A DNA stretch of 62,065 bases from contig JBKBXX010000004.1 in NCBI GenBank assembly GCA_046313915.1, positions 1 to 62,065 of the forward strand. Reading direction: 5' to 3'. Origin of the DNA: Burkholderiales bacterium. Lineage in GTDB: Bacteria > Pseudomonadota > Gammaproteobacteria > Burkholderiales > SG8-41. This document shows, one piece after another, positions 37,531-46,243 of this stretch. Position numbers and translations under genes: made by a program. Each line of letters opens with the position of its first letter. Within the stretch, counting starts at the first letter, position 1. The notes beneath the pieces were generated by a model. That model made no database searches and was not told the origin of the DNA. It saw only the letters and a program-made list of their open reading frames with translations.

Positions 37531-38313
37531 TCACAGAGTGAGGAAAACGAGACCAAGCAGAATCATGGCGATACCGCCGCCGAAGCGCATCGTTCTTGAC
37601 TGCCGGTTCCTCCATTCCTGCACTTTTTCCACGAGCGCCGGGTCACCTGAAATGCGAAGAATGATCATCAGCGGCAGGATGAAGATCAGGTTGTAGATCA
37701 CGAGATAGCCCAGGCCGGCTGCGTACGTCGCCTGGTCGTGCAGCAATCCCACCACCATCAGATATGGTCCGCCGGTGCATGGAAATTCACAGACGCCCAC
37801 CAGTCCGCCCAGAAGAAACGCTGACGGCAGCGATCCTTTTTCCATCAATGTCGCTATCTGGTGATGTGCGGCCTGCGGGATTTTCAGCCTGATGGGGAAC
37901 GTCGGAAAGAGCTCGCCGATGACGTTGATCAGGCCGAGCGCAATCAAAAGCGTTGCGCCGACCTTCGCCATGAAATGCGGGGTGTCGAAAATGTGGAGCG
38001 CCTGCAGAATGCCGAGGCCGATCAGCATGTAGGCGAGAAAGATGCCGAGGATGTAGGCGCTGCCGATTTCCAGGACGCTCGACCGCAGTTTGCCGAGGCT
38101 GAAGAGGAATGCGATCGTGAGTATCAGGATGGAAAAGGCGCAGGGATTGATGCTGTCTATGAGGGCTGCGACGACGATGAGCGGCAGCAGCCACTTGCCT
38201 TCGTTCGACAGCTGCCAGAGTGCCGCTGTGCCGACATTTCCGGACTGGAAAAGCAGTACGGAGCCGGCAAGCAGCACGCCGAACCCGATTAAAGTCGCAA
38301 GTGTTTTATTCAT
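37531..38313 (-). CDS. CcdA/DsbD-like membrane protein (second type)
   Basis: DSINPCAF and EFPCTGGPY. Confidence 0.85.
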   Translation of the reverse strand: MNKTLATLIGFGVLLAGSVLLFQSGNVGTAALWQLSNEGKWLLPLIVVAALIDSINPCAFSILILTIAFLFSLGKLRSSVLEIGSAYILGIFLAYMLIGLGILQALHIFDTPHFMAKVGATLLIALGLINVIGELFPTFPIRLKIPQAAHHQIATLMEKGSLPSAFLLGGLVGVCEFPCTGGPYLMVVGLLHDQATYAAGLGYLVIYNLIFILPLMIILRISGDPALVEKVQEWRNRQSRTMRFGGGIAMILLGLVFLTL

Positions 38314-38323
38314 GTCGGCCGAC

Positions 38324-38866
38324 TTATGGCGTTACCATGGCGACGAAGCCGAGTTCGAGTGGCCTGCCTGCATTGGTCTGGATCGTGATGGCGCGTTCGA
38401 TGCGGCCGACGCCGGCGGGGCCGTGGGCTGCCGGATCGAACACGATTTCCACCTGCGCCCGGCCTTCCGGCAACAAAGTCTCGGCGATGCCCGGAATGGC
38501 TGCGTGCCCGGGCATGCCGAACGGCCCTTTCTTTCCCGCCAACGTTATCAACGTGGCGGTCGTGCACATGCAGGAAGTGTAGAGCTTGGTGATGGTTATC
38601 GCGGTCCGGCCGGTGTTTTCGATTGTGAACCTGTGAGAGACTTTTCCTGTGGCCATCGAGATCCTGCCGAAATCGAAAAACGGCTCGGGCGAGGTGAGTG
38701 CGCTGCCTGCAGCGGCTTCCCGCGCCGGACCCGGCACCGGTTTTGTCGCCTGATCCTGGCTGATGAAGACCGCGAGCGCGATCGCAATTGCCGTGGCAGT
38801 GACCAAGGCGTAGAAAATTTTCCTGTGGGACGTAATCCGCAATGCTTCCATTTTTTTCTCTTTCAT
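38324..38866 (-). CDS. DUF1573 domain protein
   Basis: FDFGRI..F.IEN.G..TSCMCT..FDPAAHGP; start 38866 or 38851. Confidence 0.85.
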   Translation of the reverse strand: MKEKKMEALRITSHRKIFYALVTATAIAIALAVFISQDQATKPVPGPAREAAAGSALTSPEPFFDFGRISMATGKVSHRFTIENTGRTAITITKLYTSCMCTTATLITLAGKKGPFGMPGHAAIPGIAETLLPEGRAQVEIVFDPAAHGPAGVGRIERAITIQTNAGRPLELGFVAMVTP

Positions 38867-39085
38867 GGCCAATTGAAAAATGGCGAGCGGTTCCTCACGT
38901 TGTCTTTCCTCGGCGGCGGCCCTCTGAGGTCGGCGAGGCGGCCGCAAGCCATGAGATTCGCAGGCCCGATGCCATGTCCTCGTCGGGGCGGCATCGCAAC
39001 GCAAACGCGAGCTCCCCGCATCAGGATGTTGTGCCAGAACGCGGCCGTAATGGCCGTCGCACAACGCTGGCGCAAGGAGGGAAGG

Positions 39086-39484
39086 CTAATTTCGCAGGCG
39101 GGAGTAAAGGATGTGTTGTGGCGGGAAGGCGGCGCGGGCGGGCGGGAACCCCGCCGCGGCAATGACGCGCTCGGCAAAAACCAGCTGAGCGGGACGTGCC
39201 GCGAGCGGCGACAACCCGGCTGCAGCGAGCGCTGCGAGATGGGGCACGGCCGGCGTTGCCTGTGGCGAGAAATAGTGCTCCTGGCAGCAGTCTGGTCCGG
39301 CCGCCATGCTGCCCACCGCGGCTGACTCGCAGCACGATGGTTCGGGCATGATGGCGGCGTCACGCGGGCCGGCGGTGCCCAGAATGCAGGCATGAGCGAC
39401 CGTTGCGGTCAGATATAGCAGCAATATCAGGCTGGTAACGCCGGCCACGACACGCCTTGTCAAGCGGGTCAGTTCCATGTCCAT
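39086..39484 (-). CDS. exported Cys-containing leader-type protein (C-term PPQHILYSRLRN)
   Basis: Signal peptide ending AHA-C, two CC pairs, Pro-rich tail. Confidence 0.65.
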   Translation of the reverse strand: MDMELTRLTRRVVAGVTSLILLLYLTATVAHACILGTAGPRDAAIMPEPSCCESAAVGSMAAGPDCCQEHYFSPQATPAVPHLAALAAAGLSPLAARPAQLVFAERVIAAAGFPPARAAFPPQHILYSRLRN

Positions 39485-39538
39485 GTGGCGAATATTAAGC
39501 GCGCAAATACGCTGACGCAAACGCTTCGGACAGCTAGT

Positions 39539-39552
39539 TTGACTTAAATCAA
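39539..39552. promoter_or_regulatory. FNR-type box (class I geometry)
   Basis: TTGAC-TTAA-ATCAA centred 61.5 nt from ATG 39484; TAATAT(T) just upstream of the ATG. Confidence 0.75.
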
Positions 39553-39613
39553 TATATTATGGCGCACCCGAAGCTCATGGCTGATGGCGATCGAGTCTTG
39601 CCGCAGGCCGAAT

Positions 39614-41122
39614 TCAGAACTCGAGCAGTTTCAGCCGCTGTACCTTGCCCGACGGGCCTTTGGGCAGGTCATCAACGAACCGGATGACCTTGGGCGTTTT
39701 GTATTTGCCGAGTTCGCGCTGCGAAAATTCGGCGAGTTCGTCGATGCTGCACTCATGGCCAGGCTTGAGCACCACGCACGCCATGATTTCCTGGCCGTAA
39801 TTCTTGTCCGGTATGCCGACGGCGGCGGCTTCCAGCACCGCGGGGTGTCTGAGCAGCGCTTCGTCGATTTCACGCGGTGCGATGTTTTCGCCGCCCTTGA
39901 TGATGAGTTCCTTGGTGCGGCCAGTGACGAACACGAAACCGTCTTCGTCCATGTAGCCTATGTCGCCGGTATGCATCCAGCCATCGTGCTCCAGCGTCCG
40001 GGCGGTGTTTTCCGGATCCTTGTAATAGCCTTTCATCACATTGTCGCCGCGCACCATGATCTCGCCCGGCACGCCGGGCGGCTGGGTCTCGCCGGTTTCG
40101 GGAGCGATGATTTTCGCCTCGTTGCCAAACGCCTGGCCGGGGCTGCCGATCTTGCGTTTGGCGCGATCGTAAGGGTTGGTAAAGCATGGCGCATTGGTCT
40201 CAGTCATGCCGAAGGTTTCGATCACGCTGATGCCGAATCTTTCTTCGAACGCGCGGTGCAGTTCCGGCGGCAGCGGGGCGGAAGCCGAGCGGCAAAACTT
40301 GACGCGCGAGATATCGAGCCTTGCTTCACGCGGATCGGGCGCGTTGAGCAGATAGGCGATGATGGTCGGCACGACATTGATCCAGGTGCATCGATATTGC
40401 GCCACCAGTTCCCAGTAATTGCCCACGCTGAAGCGGTGCGGCATGACTACGCTGCCGCCATGTATCAGCGGCGCTACCGCAGTCACGATCTGGCCATTGA
40501 TATGGTAGAGCGGCAGCGCGCACAGCACGCGATCCTGCGCTGTGAGCCGATGCGCCTGGCTAGTGAATTCGCCGCCGGCGCACACGCTTCTGTGAGTGAG
40601 CATGCAACCTTTGGGCTTGCCGGTGGTGCCCGAGGTGTACATGAGTAGCGCATCGTCTTCCTCGCCGATATCCGGCAACCTGACGTCCGGCAGTGCGGCA
40701 GCATCGAACAGTTCGGTGGCGTCAGGATCGATCACGATCATTTTGATTTCGCGCCCGACGCTGGCAATTGCTGCCGTCAGGCGCTCGGCGAATTCGCTGC
40801 TGGTGAAGACGACGCGGGTGTCGGAATGATCCAGCACGTAGGCCAGTTGCGAGGGCTGCGCCAGCAAGTTCAACGGCGCGACCATGAAGCCGGCATACAT
40901 CACGCCGATCAACAATTGCCCCGTTTGATAACTGTTGTGCAACATCAGTGCGACCTTGTCGCCTTTGCCCAGCCCCAGGCTCAGCAGGAAACAGCCGAGA
41001 TCGCATGCATTTTCCCGCAGCCGGCCGTAGGTCAGCGTTTTTCCGGTTTCGGGGGCGATCAGGTAAGGGGCGTCGGGCTGCTCGCGCGCACGCAGATCGA
41101 CGTAATGCCGGAGGGTCCTCAT
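39614..41122 (-). CDS. sauT: acyl-CoA ligase, probable sulfoacetate-CoA ligase
   Basis: YTSGTTGKPKG, FGMTE, TGD; adjacent to SauS-like gene. Confidence 0.75.
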   Translation of the reverse strand: MRTLRHYVDLRAREQPDAPYLIAPETGKTLTYGRLRENACDLGCFLLSLGLGKGDKVALMLHNSYQTGQLLIGVMYAGFMVAPLNLLAQPSQLAYVLDHSDTRVVFTSSEFAERLTAAIASVGREIKMIVIDPDATELFDAAALPDVRLPDIGEEDDALLMYTSGTTGKPKGCMLTHRSVCAGGEFTSQAHRLTAQDRVLCALPLYHINGQIVTAVAPLIHGGSVVMPHRFSVGNYWELVAQYRCTWINVVPTIIAYLLNAPDPREARLDISRVKFCRSASAPLPPELHRAFEERFGISVIETFGMTETNAPCFTNPYDRAKRKIGSPGQAFGNEAKIIAPETGETQPPGVPGEIMVRGDNVMKGYYKDPENTARTLEHDGWMHTGDIGYMDEDGFVFVTGRTKELIIKGGENIAPREIDEALLRHPAVLEAAAVGIPDKNYGQEIMACVVLKPGHECSIDELAEFSQRELGKYKTPKVIRFVDDLPKGPSGKVQRLKLLEF

Positions 41123-42547
41123 TCAGATTTTGTACTTGCGGCGGTAATCGCCGAAAATGTCTTCCGGACTTGGCTCGTCAGGCGGTATGGTACGCACGAT
41201 GCGCGTGATGTTCATGAAGTGTCTGTAATTGAGATTGTCGGAAAAGCTGTTGCCGCCCCAGGTGCCGCAGCCCATCGACAGTGAGAACGGCAGGCCGTTG
41301 TCGAAACTACCGCCGTTGGCGAAGGTGTGCGCCTGCTTGACGATGACGCGGCACACCGTCATTTCGTGCGCCAGGCGCCGGATGTGCGATTCATCCTCCG
41401 TGTGGATGCCGCACGAATGGCCGTCGCCGATGTAATCGTAGATGCCGCGCATGATGCCGAAGGCATGGTCGAAGTCGCGGGCGCGATAGAGCGTCAGTAC
41501 CGGCGACAGCTTTTCGCCCGAGAACGGATAGTCGCTGCCGGTGCCGGTTTCTTCCACCAGCAGGCATTTCGCCTTGACGAGTGCGGGGCGTGTCAGCCCC
41601 GCCACGGCGCAGATCCGCGATACCGGTTGTGCGGTGATGGCGGACGAAAGTCTGCCACCGGGAAACATCGCCTGCTGCAATGTCGTCTTTTCCGCCGGCG
41701 TGAGCAGGACACCGCCTTCCTTGGTCAGCGCCGCCAGCATCGCATCGTAGACTTTGTCGTGGATGATGACGCTGTTTTCCGACGAGCAGCTCGTGGCATT
41801 GTCGAAAATCTTGGAACGCATGATCTTGGCGGCGGCATCGGTGCAGTCGGCGGAATCGTCGACGATCACCGCGACGTTGCCAACGCCGACACCGAGCGCT
41901 GGCGTGCCGCTCGAGTAGGCGGCGCGCACGTTGTTCTGAGAGCCGGTCACGACCACCAGATCGGCCTGCTTCATGAGTTCGGTGGATAATTCCTTGGTCA
42001 CCGGATGCGACAGCATCTGTACGAGGTCGGGCGGTGCGCCGATGCGCTGCAGTTCGGCGTTGACATACTCGAGCAGCAGGGCCGAGGTCGAATAGCCCTT
42101 GGGAGAGGGCGACAGGATGATGGCGTTGCCGCACTTGAGCGCATTGATGATGTTGTTGGCGGGGGTGGCGCCGGGGTTGGTCGACGGCACGACGGCGGCG
42201 ACCACGCCGACCGGCCGCGCGATTTCGATGATGCCTTTTTCCGGCTGCTCGGCGATGACGCCGGTCGAGATTGCACCTTTGAGGTCGCGCAGCAGTCCCA
42301 GCGTCTTGCGGTGGTTCTTCACGATCTTGTCGGCGACATTGCCGAGCCCGGTATCCCTGACCGCCAGTTTGGCCAGCGCCCGGTTGTGCTCCGGATTCAT
42401 GATCGCCCAGCCGGCGGCGGTCACGGCCTCGTCGAGCTGGGCCTGGCTGTAGCGGGCGTAGGTTTTCTGTGCCGCGCGCGCGCGGCGGATGAGATCCCTT
42501 ACCGCTTGCGCGGCTGCAGATTGCGGCGTGTCGGTTGGTATCGCCAT
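41123..42547 (-). CDS. sauS: acylating aldehyde dehydrogenase, probable sulfoacetaldehyde dehydrogenase
   Basis: KNHRKTLGLLRDL, FDNATSCSSENS, GEKLSP, GCGTWG. Confidence 0.8.
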   Translation of the reverse strand: MAIPTDTPQSAAAQAVRDLIRRARAAQKTYARYSQAQLDEAVTAAGWAIMNPEHNRALAKLAVRDTGLGNVADKIVKNHRKTLGLLRDLKGAISTGVIAEQPEKGIIEIARPVGVVAAVVPSTNPGATPANNIINALKCGNAIILSPSPKGYSTSALLLEYVNAELQRIGAPPDLVQMLSHPVTKELSTELMKQADLVVVTGSQNNVRAAYSSGTPALGVGVGNVAVIVDDSADCTDAAAKIMRSKIFDNATSCSSENSVIIHDKVYDAMLAALTKEGGVLLTPAEKTTLQQAMFPGGRLSSAITAQPVSRICAVAGLTRPALVKAKCLLVEETGTGSDYPFSGEKLSPVLTLYRARDFDHAFGIMRGIYDYIGDGHSCGIHTEDESHIRRLAHEMTVCRVIVKQAHTFANGGSFDNGLPFSLSMGCGTWGGNSFSDNLNYRHFMNITRIVRTIPPDEPSPEDIFGDYRRKYKI

Positions 42548-42556
42548 GAATCGTCC

Positions 42557-44077
42557 TCAGCCCGCGGCTTTCCCGGTTTGGTGCATTTTACCCTTGTGCC
42601 GTGCGTGCCTGAATACGGGATAGATCAGCGTGATGATCGCGATTGCCATCAGCGGTCCGCTCACCGGGCGGGTGAAAAACACGCTCCAGTCGTTGCCATG
42701 GCTGATCATGGTGGTCATGAAGGCCGATTCGGCGAGCGGACCGAGAATCACGCCCAGCACCAGCGGCGTGACGGGGAAGCGGAAGCGCTCGAACAGATAG
42801 CCCAGCACGCCGAAAACCACCAGCAGCCAGACATCGGTGATATTGTTGCGTGCGGCGAACGCGCCGAGGATGCAGCACATCACGACATAGGCCGAAACGA
42901 TCACTTCGGGAAACTCGAGCACCCTGACCATGAATCTGGTGGTGAAATAGCCGATCACGCACATGACGATGATGCCGACGAATACCGACGCGAACATCGC
43001 ATAGACGATGTTGCTCGAGGTGGCGAACACCTGAGGGCCCGGCTGCAGGCCGTGCAGCAGAAAGGCGCCGAGGATGATCGCGGTCGCACCGCTGCCGGGA
43101 ATGCCCATGGTGACGAGTGGAATGATTGCACCGCCGACCGAAGAGGTGGCGGCGGCCTGCGGCGCGATGATGCCTTCCGCGATACCGCTGCCCATTTCCC
43201 GCCGGCGTTTCCCGTACTGGCTCTCGATGCCGTAGGAGAGGAAGGACGCGACGGTGGCGCCGGCGCCGGGAACCAGTCCCACGATGATGCCGATCACGCT
43301 GCCGCGCGCGAAAGTCGCTTTCCTGTCGAGCATCTCGCTGAGGCGCGGCAGGCGCGTCCTGATTTCAGTCACGGCTTCGAGCGGCACGGACTTGAAACCC
43401 TGTTCCAGCCGCATGAAAACTTCGCCCAGGCCGTAGGCGCCGACCATCACCACCAGGTAATCGATGCCGTCGGCGAGCAGCGGCACGCCGAAGGTGAAAC
43501 GGTGCGTGCCGTAGGTGTCGTCGACGCCAACGGTGGCGATCAGCAGCCCGGCGAACAGGCTGATCAGTCCATTGACGAGCGAGGCGCCGCCCAGAGAGAC
43601 CACGCTCACCAGGCCGAAGAACAGGATTGCGAAGTACTCGGGCGTGGAAAAAGTGAGTGCGATCTTGGCGACGGGTTTTGCCAGCAGCACCATGACGGTC
43701 GCTGCCACCAGCCCGCCGATCAGCGCCGACACCAGCGTCCAGCCGAGCGCGTAGGCGGCCTCACCCTTGCGCGCCATCGGGTAACCGTCCCAGAGCAGCG
43801 GCACATCAATAGGCTCGCCCGGGACGCGGAACAGAATCGAAGTCCAGGCGCCGGCGTAGGTGCCCGACACGTACATGGCGGTGAGCAGGATGATGGCCGG
43901 GATCACGTGCATGCTGTAGGTAAAAGGCAGCGCCAGCACCACGCCCATCACCAGCGTCAGCCCCGGCAGCACCGCGACCAGCAATCCCAGAACGATGCCG
44001 ATCACCAGAAACAGCAGATTGAGCGGCTCGAAGACGTGCGCGAAGCCGATTGCAAGATTGTGCAGCGTGCCGTCCAT
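42557..44077 (-). CDS. tripartite tricarboxylate transporter large permease TctA
   Basis: LPGL, PG.P..DGYPMA.KG, GIPGS, GLQPGP. Confidence 0.92.
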   Translation of the reverse strand: MDGTLHNLAIGFAHVFEPLNLLFLVIGIVLGLLVAVLPGLTLVMGVVLALPFTYSMHVIPAIILLTAMYVSGTYAGAWTSILFRVPGEPIDVPLLWDGYPMARKGEAAYALGWTLVSALIGGLVAATVMVLLAKPVAKIALTFSTPEYFAILFFGLVSVVSLGGASLVNGLISLFAGLLIATVGVDDTYGTHRFTFGVPLLADGIDYLVVMVGAYGLGEVFMRLEQGFKSVPLEAVTEIRTRLPRLSEMLDRKATFARGSVIGIIVGLVPGAGATVASFLSYGIESQYGKRRREMGSGIAEGIIAPQAAATSSVGGAIIPLVTMGIPGSGATAIILGAFLLHGLQPGPQVFATSSNIVYAMFASVFVGIIVMCVIGYFTTRFMVRVLEFPEVIVSAYVVMCCILGAFAARNNITDVWLLVVFGVLGYLFERFRFPVTPLVLGVILGPLAESAFMTTMISHGNDWSVFFTRPVSGPLMAIAIITLIYPVFRHARHKGKMHQTGKAAG

Positions 44078-44078
44078 G

Positions 44079-44651
44079 TCAGCGGATTCCCATGATCTGC
44101 ATCAGGAACAGCGTGATGACGGAGAAAGGTTCCTCGCCGATCGGCAGTGAGACGTAGACCACCTTCATGAAAAAGAACAGCAGCAGTAGCGTACCGAGCA
44201 GGCTTACCGCGGCAATCACGCTCCACTTGCGGTAGCCGCCAAGTACGATGAACAAAGCGAGATAGAACACGGTAGCCAGGAAAAAGCCGAGTTTCTGGAC
44301 CGCAGACACGTAAACCGCGGTCAACGCCATGCCCGCGAGCAGCGTCCAGGGATGGCTTTCGCTCGTTGCCGCGGCGCCCATCTCGGCGTGCTGCTCGGCG
44401 GATTCCTCGACGATTTCCTCGAGCACGCCGCCGATTTCATTGTCGGGCGCTGTCGACAGCAGGCGCTTGCCGATTTCATAGACGCAGGTCACGAGCAGCA
44501 GTATCAGGACTGCTTTCGGCCAGAAATCGGGGCCGAGGGTGCCGGCGCGACGGTGAAATTCGAACTGGGTGGCGGCGTAATAAAGCAAGCCGGCCGCAGC
44601 GCCCACGGTCAGATAGGGAAGTATTCCGGCCCAACGCGATCCGGCGGTCAT
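44079..44651 (-). CDS. TctB family small permease
   Basis: GPDFWP, LGF, V.LP; four to five TMs. Confidence 0.88.
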   Translation of the reverse strand: MTAGSRWAGILPYLTVGAAAGLLYYAATQFEFHRRAGTLGPDFWPKAVLILLLVTCVYEIGKRLLSTAPDNEIGGVLEEIVEESAEQHAEMGAAATSESHPWTLLAGMALTAVYVSAVQKLGFFLATVFYLALFIVLGGYRKWSVIAAVSLLGTLLLLFFFMKVVYVSLPIGEEPFSVITLFLMQIMGIR

Positions 44652-44720
44652 CTCGACACCAGTGTATTACCGAAACAAGTGCTCAGGCAGGGCACCGGGG
44701 AGGGCGCTCCATGCCGCGAC

Positions 44721-45683
44721 TTATTTCCCGGGCGCATACTGGCGCATGATGTCGAGCTCGCGTTTCATGAACGCCGCTGCGCCGGCAGCGCCGACGAAGC
44801 TCTTGTCGTCAGCATACTGGTCCTTGAGCCAAGCCTTGTAATCGTCGGTGGCCGCGACTTTCGCGAGTGCGTCCGATACCGCTTTCACACGAGCCGCGTC
44901 GGTTCCGGCTTTCATCACGATCGAACGAAACTGGCTGATCGCGATCTTGTGGCCGAGTTCATGGCTCGCCGGGATGCTGGCGAACGCCGGAAAACGCTGT
45001 TCGGCAAAAATCAGGATCGGCCGCATCTGCTTGCCGTCGAGGAAGCTTTTGACGTCGCCCAGCTGTTCATAGAGGAGGTCGGCGTGTCCGCCGAGGATCG
45101 CGCTGTAACGTTCGGACGGTTTGGGAAAAGGCACCGAGGTCAGTTTCAGGCCTTTGCCGTTGAAGTAGACGACGTGCAGGTCATCGGCGCTGCCGAAACC
45201 GGTGACGCCGACCTTGAGCGGCCGCTTCCTGGCTTCGGCTTCGACATCCTGCCAGGTCTTGAGCGGACTGTTTTCGGCCACGAAAAAAGCCGAAGGCTGC
45301 TGGATCATGATTGCTGCCGGAACGATATCGGCAGGCTTCCATTTGGTAGCCGGATCGAGCTGCAGCGCGAGCGTGTCGGCGATCAGCACCGAAATCGAAT
45401 AGCCGTCGGCGGGAGCGGTCAGCATTTTGGTGAGTCCGCTCTGGCCGGTGGCGCCCGGCACATTGATCACCGGCAGGGAAACACGGAGCTCTTTTTCCAG
45501 GCCGGGAGCGATCTTGCGCGCGAGCTGGTCGGCGCCGCCGCCCGGCCCCCACGGCACGACGAATTCGATCGGTCGCGTCGGGTACTTCTCCTGTGCCGCA
45601 GCCGCGAGCGGCATGCCGCACAGCGCAAACAAGGCCAGCGTCCGCGCCACGGTCGATTTGCTGTCAAGCGCATGTCGGTTCAT
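44721..45683 (-). CDS. TctC/Bug substrate-binding protein
   Basis: YPTRPIEFVVPWGPGGGAD, N.PGA.G, DGY. Confidence 0.92.
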   Translation of the reverse strand: MNRHALDSKSTVARTLALFALCGMPLAAAAQEKYPTRPIEFVVPWGPGGGADQLARKIAPGLEKELRVSLPVINVPGATGQSGLTKMLTAPADGYSISVLIADTLALQLDPATKWKPADIVPAAIMIQQPSAFFVAENSPLKTWQDVEAEARKRPLKVGVTGFGSADDLHVVYFNGKGLKLTSVPFPKPSERYSAILGGHADLLYEQLGDVKSFLDGKQMRPILIFAEQRFPAFASIPASHELGHKIAISQFRSIVMKAGTDAARVKAVSDALAKVAATDDYKAWLKDQYADDKSFVGAAGAAAFMKRELDIMRQYAPGK

Positions 45684-45900
45684 GGTCACCCCCTCCTTTG
45701 GTGTGTTTTCCCGTTGAACGCGAAGCCTCGCTTTGTTGTTGTGCCGGTCGAGGATACAAGGCCTGGATTGCCTGCGAGCCCGTGTCCCGTTTTTCGCGTT
45801 CGAGGCGTCAAGAGTAGTGAAACGCGCGCCAATATGCAAGCGCTTTCATCCGGTTTCGCGCTTTCCCGTTTCATTGTAGGCGCCGGAATAAATAAGTGTA

Positions 45901-45915
45901 ATAACAATAGGTTAT
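45901..45915. promoter_or_regulatory. possible LysR-type operator
   Basis: ATAAC-AATAG-GTTAT (T-N11-A dyad) in AT-rich divergent intergenic region. Confidence 0.4.
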
Positions 45916-46243
45916 ATGTTTCCATCACAAAAAGAACGGCCTGCGGGCAAATGCGCGATTTTCGTGGGCGGATTCTAAAAAGGGCGATGCGTGCGACGAC
46001 GCGGGCTGTGGCCGGATCGGGCGGATGCGGCGCGCCTCCATGGCAGGGGGCAGCCGGCTTCGCAAAGCCGGGGCCTGCCCGCAACGGGATCGTCCGCTGC
46101 GACGCGACGCCGGCGCGGCGCAAATTCTCGAGCTGGTGGCAATCGTCCGCCTTCTGCTGCGATCCGGCGCATTTCGTGTGCGTTTCCGGCCGAAAGTTGA
46201 TAGACTCCGGATTCCCGAAAAACAGCAATGCCCAGTTTATGAA

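Noticed and set aside
39553..39613. Island right boundary / att site
   Set aside because: Gene content shifts here, but no tRNA, integrase or direct repeat is visible
45990..46243. Possible riboswitch upstream of hss
   Set aside because: GC-rich hairpin potential only; no recognisable conserved motif; needs an Rfam search
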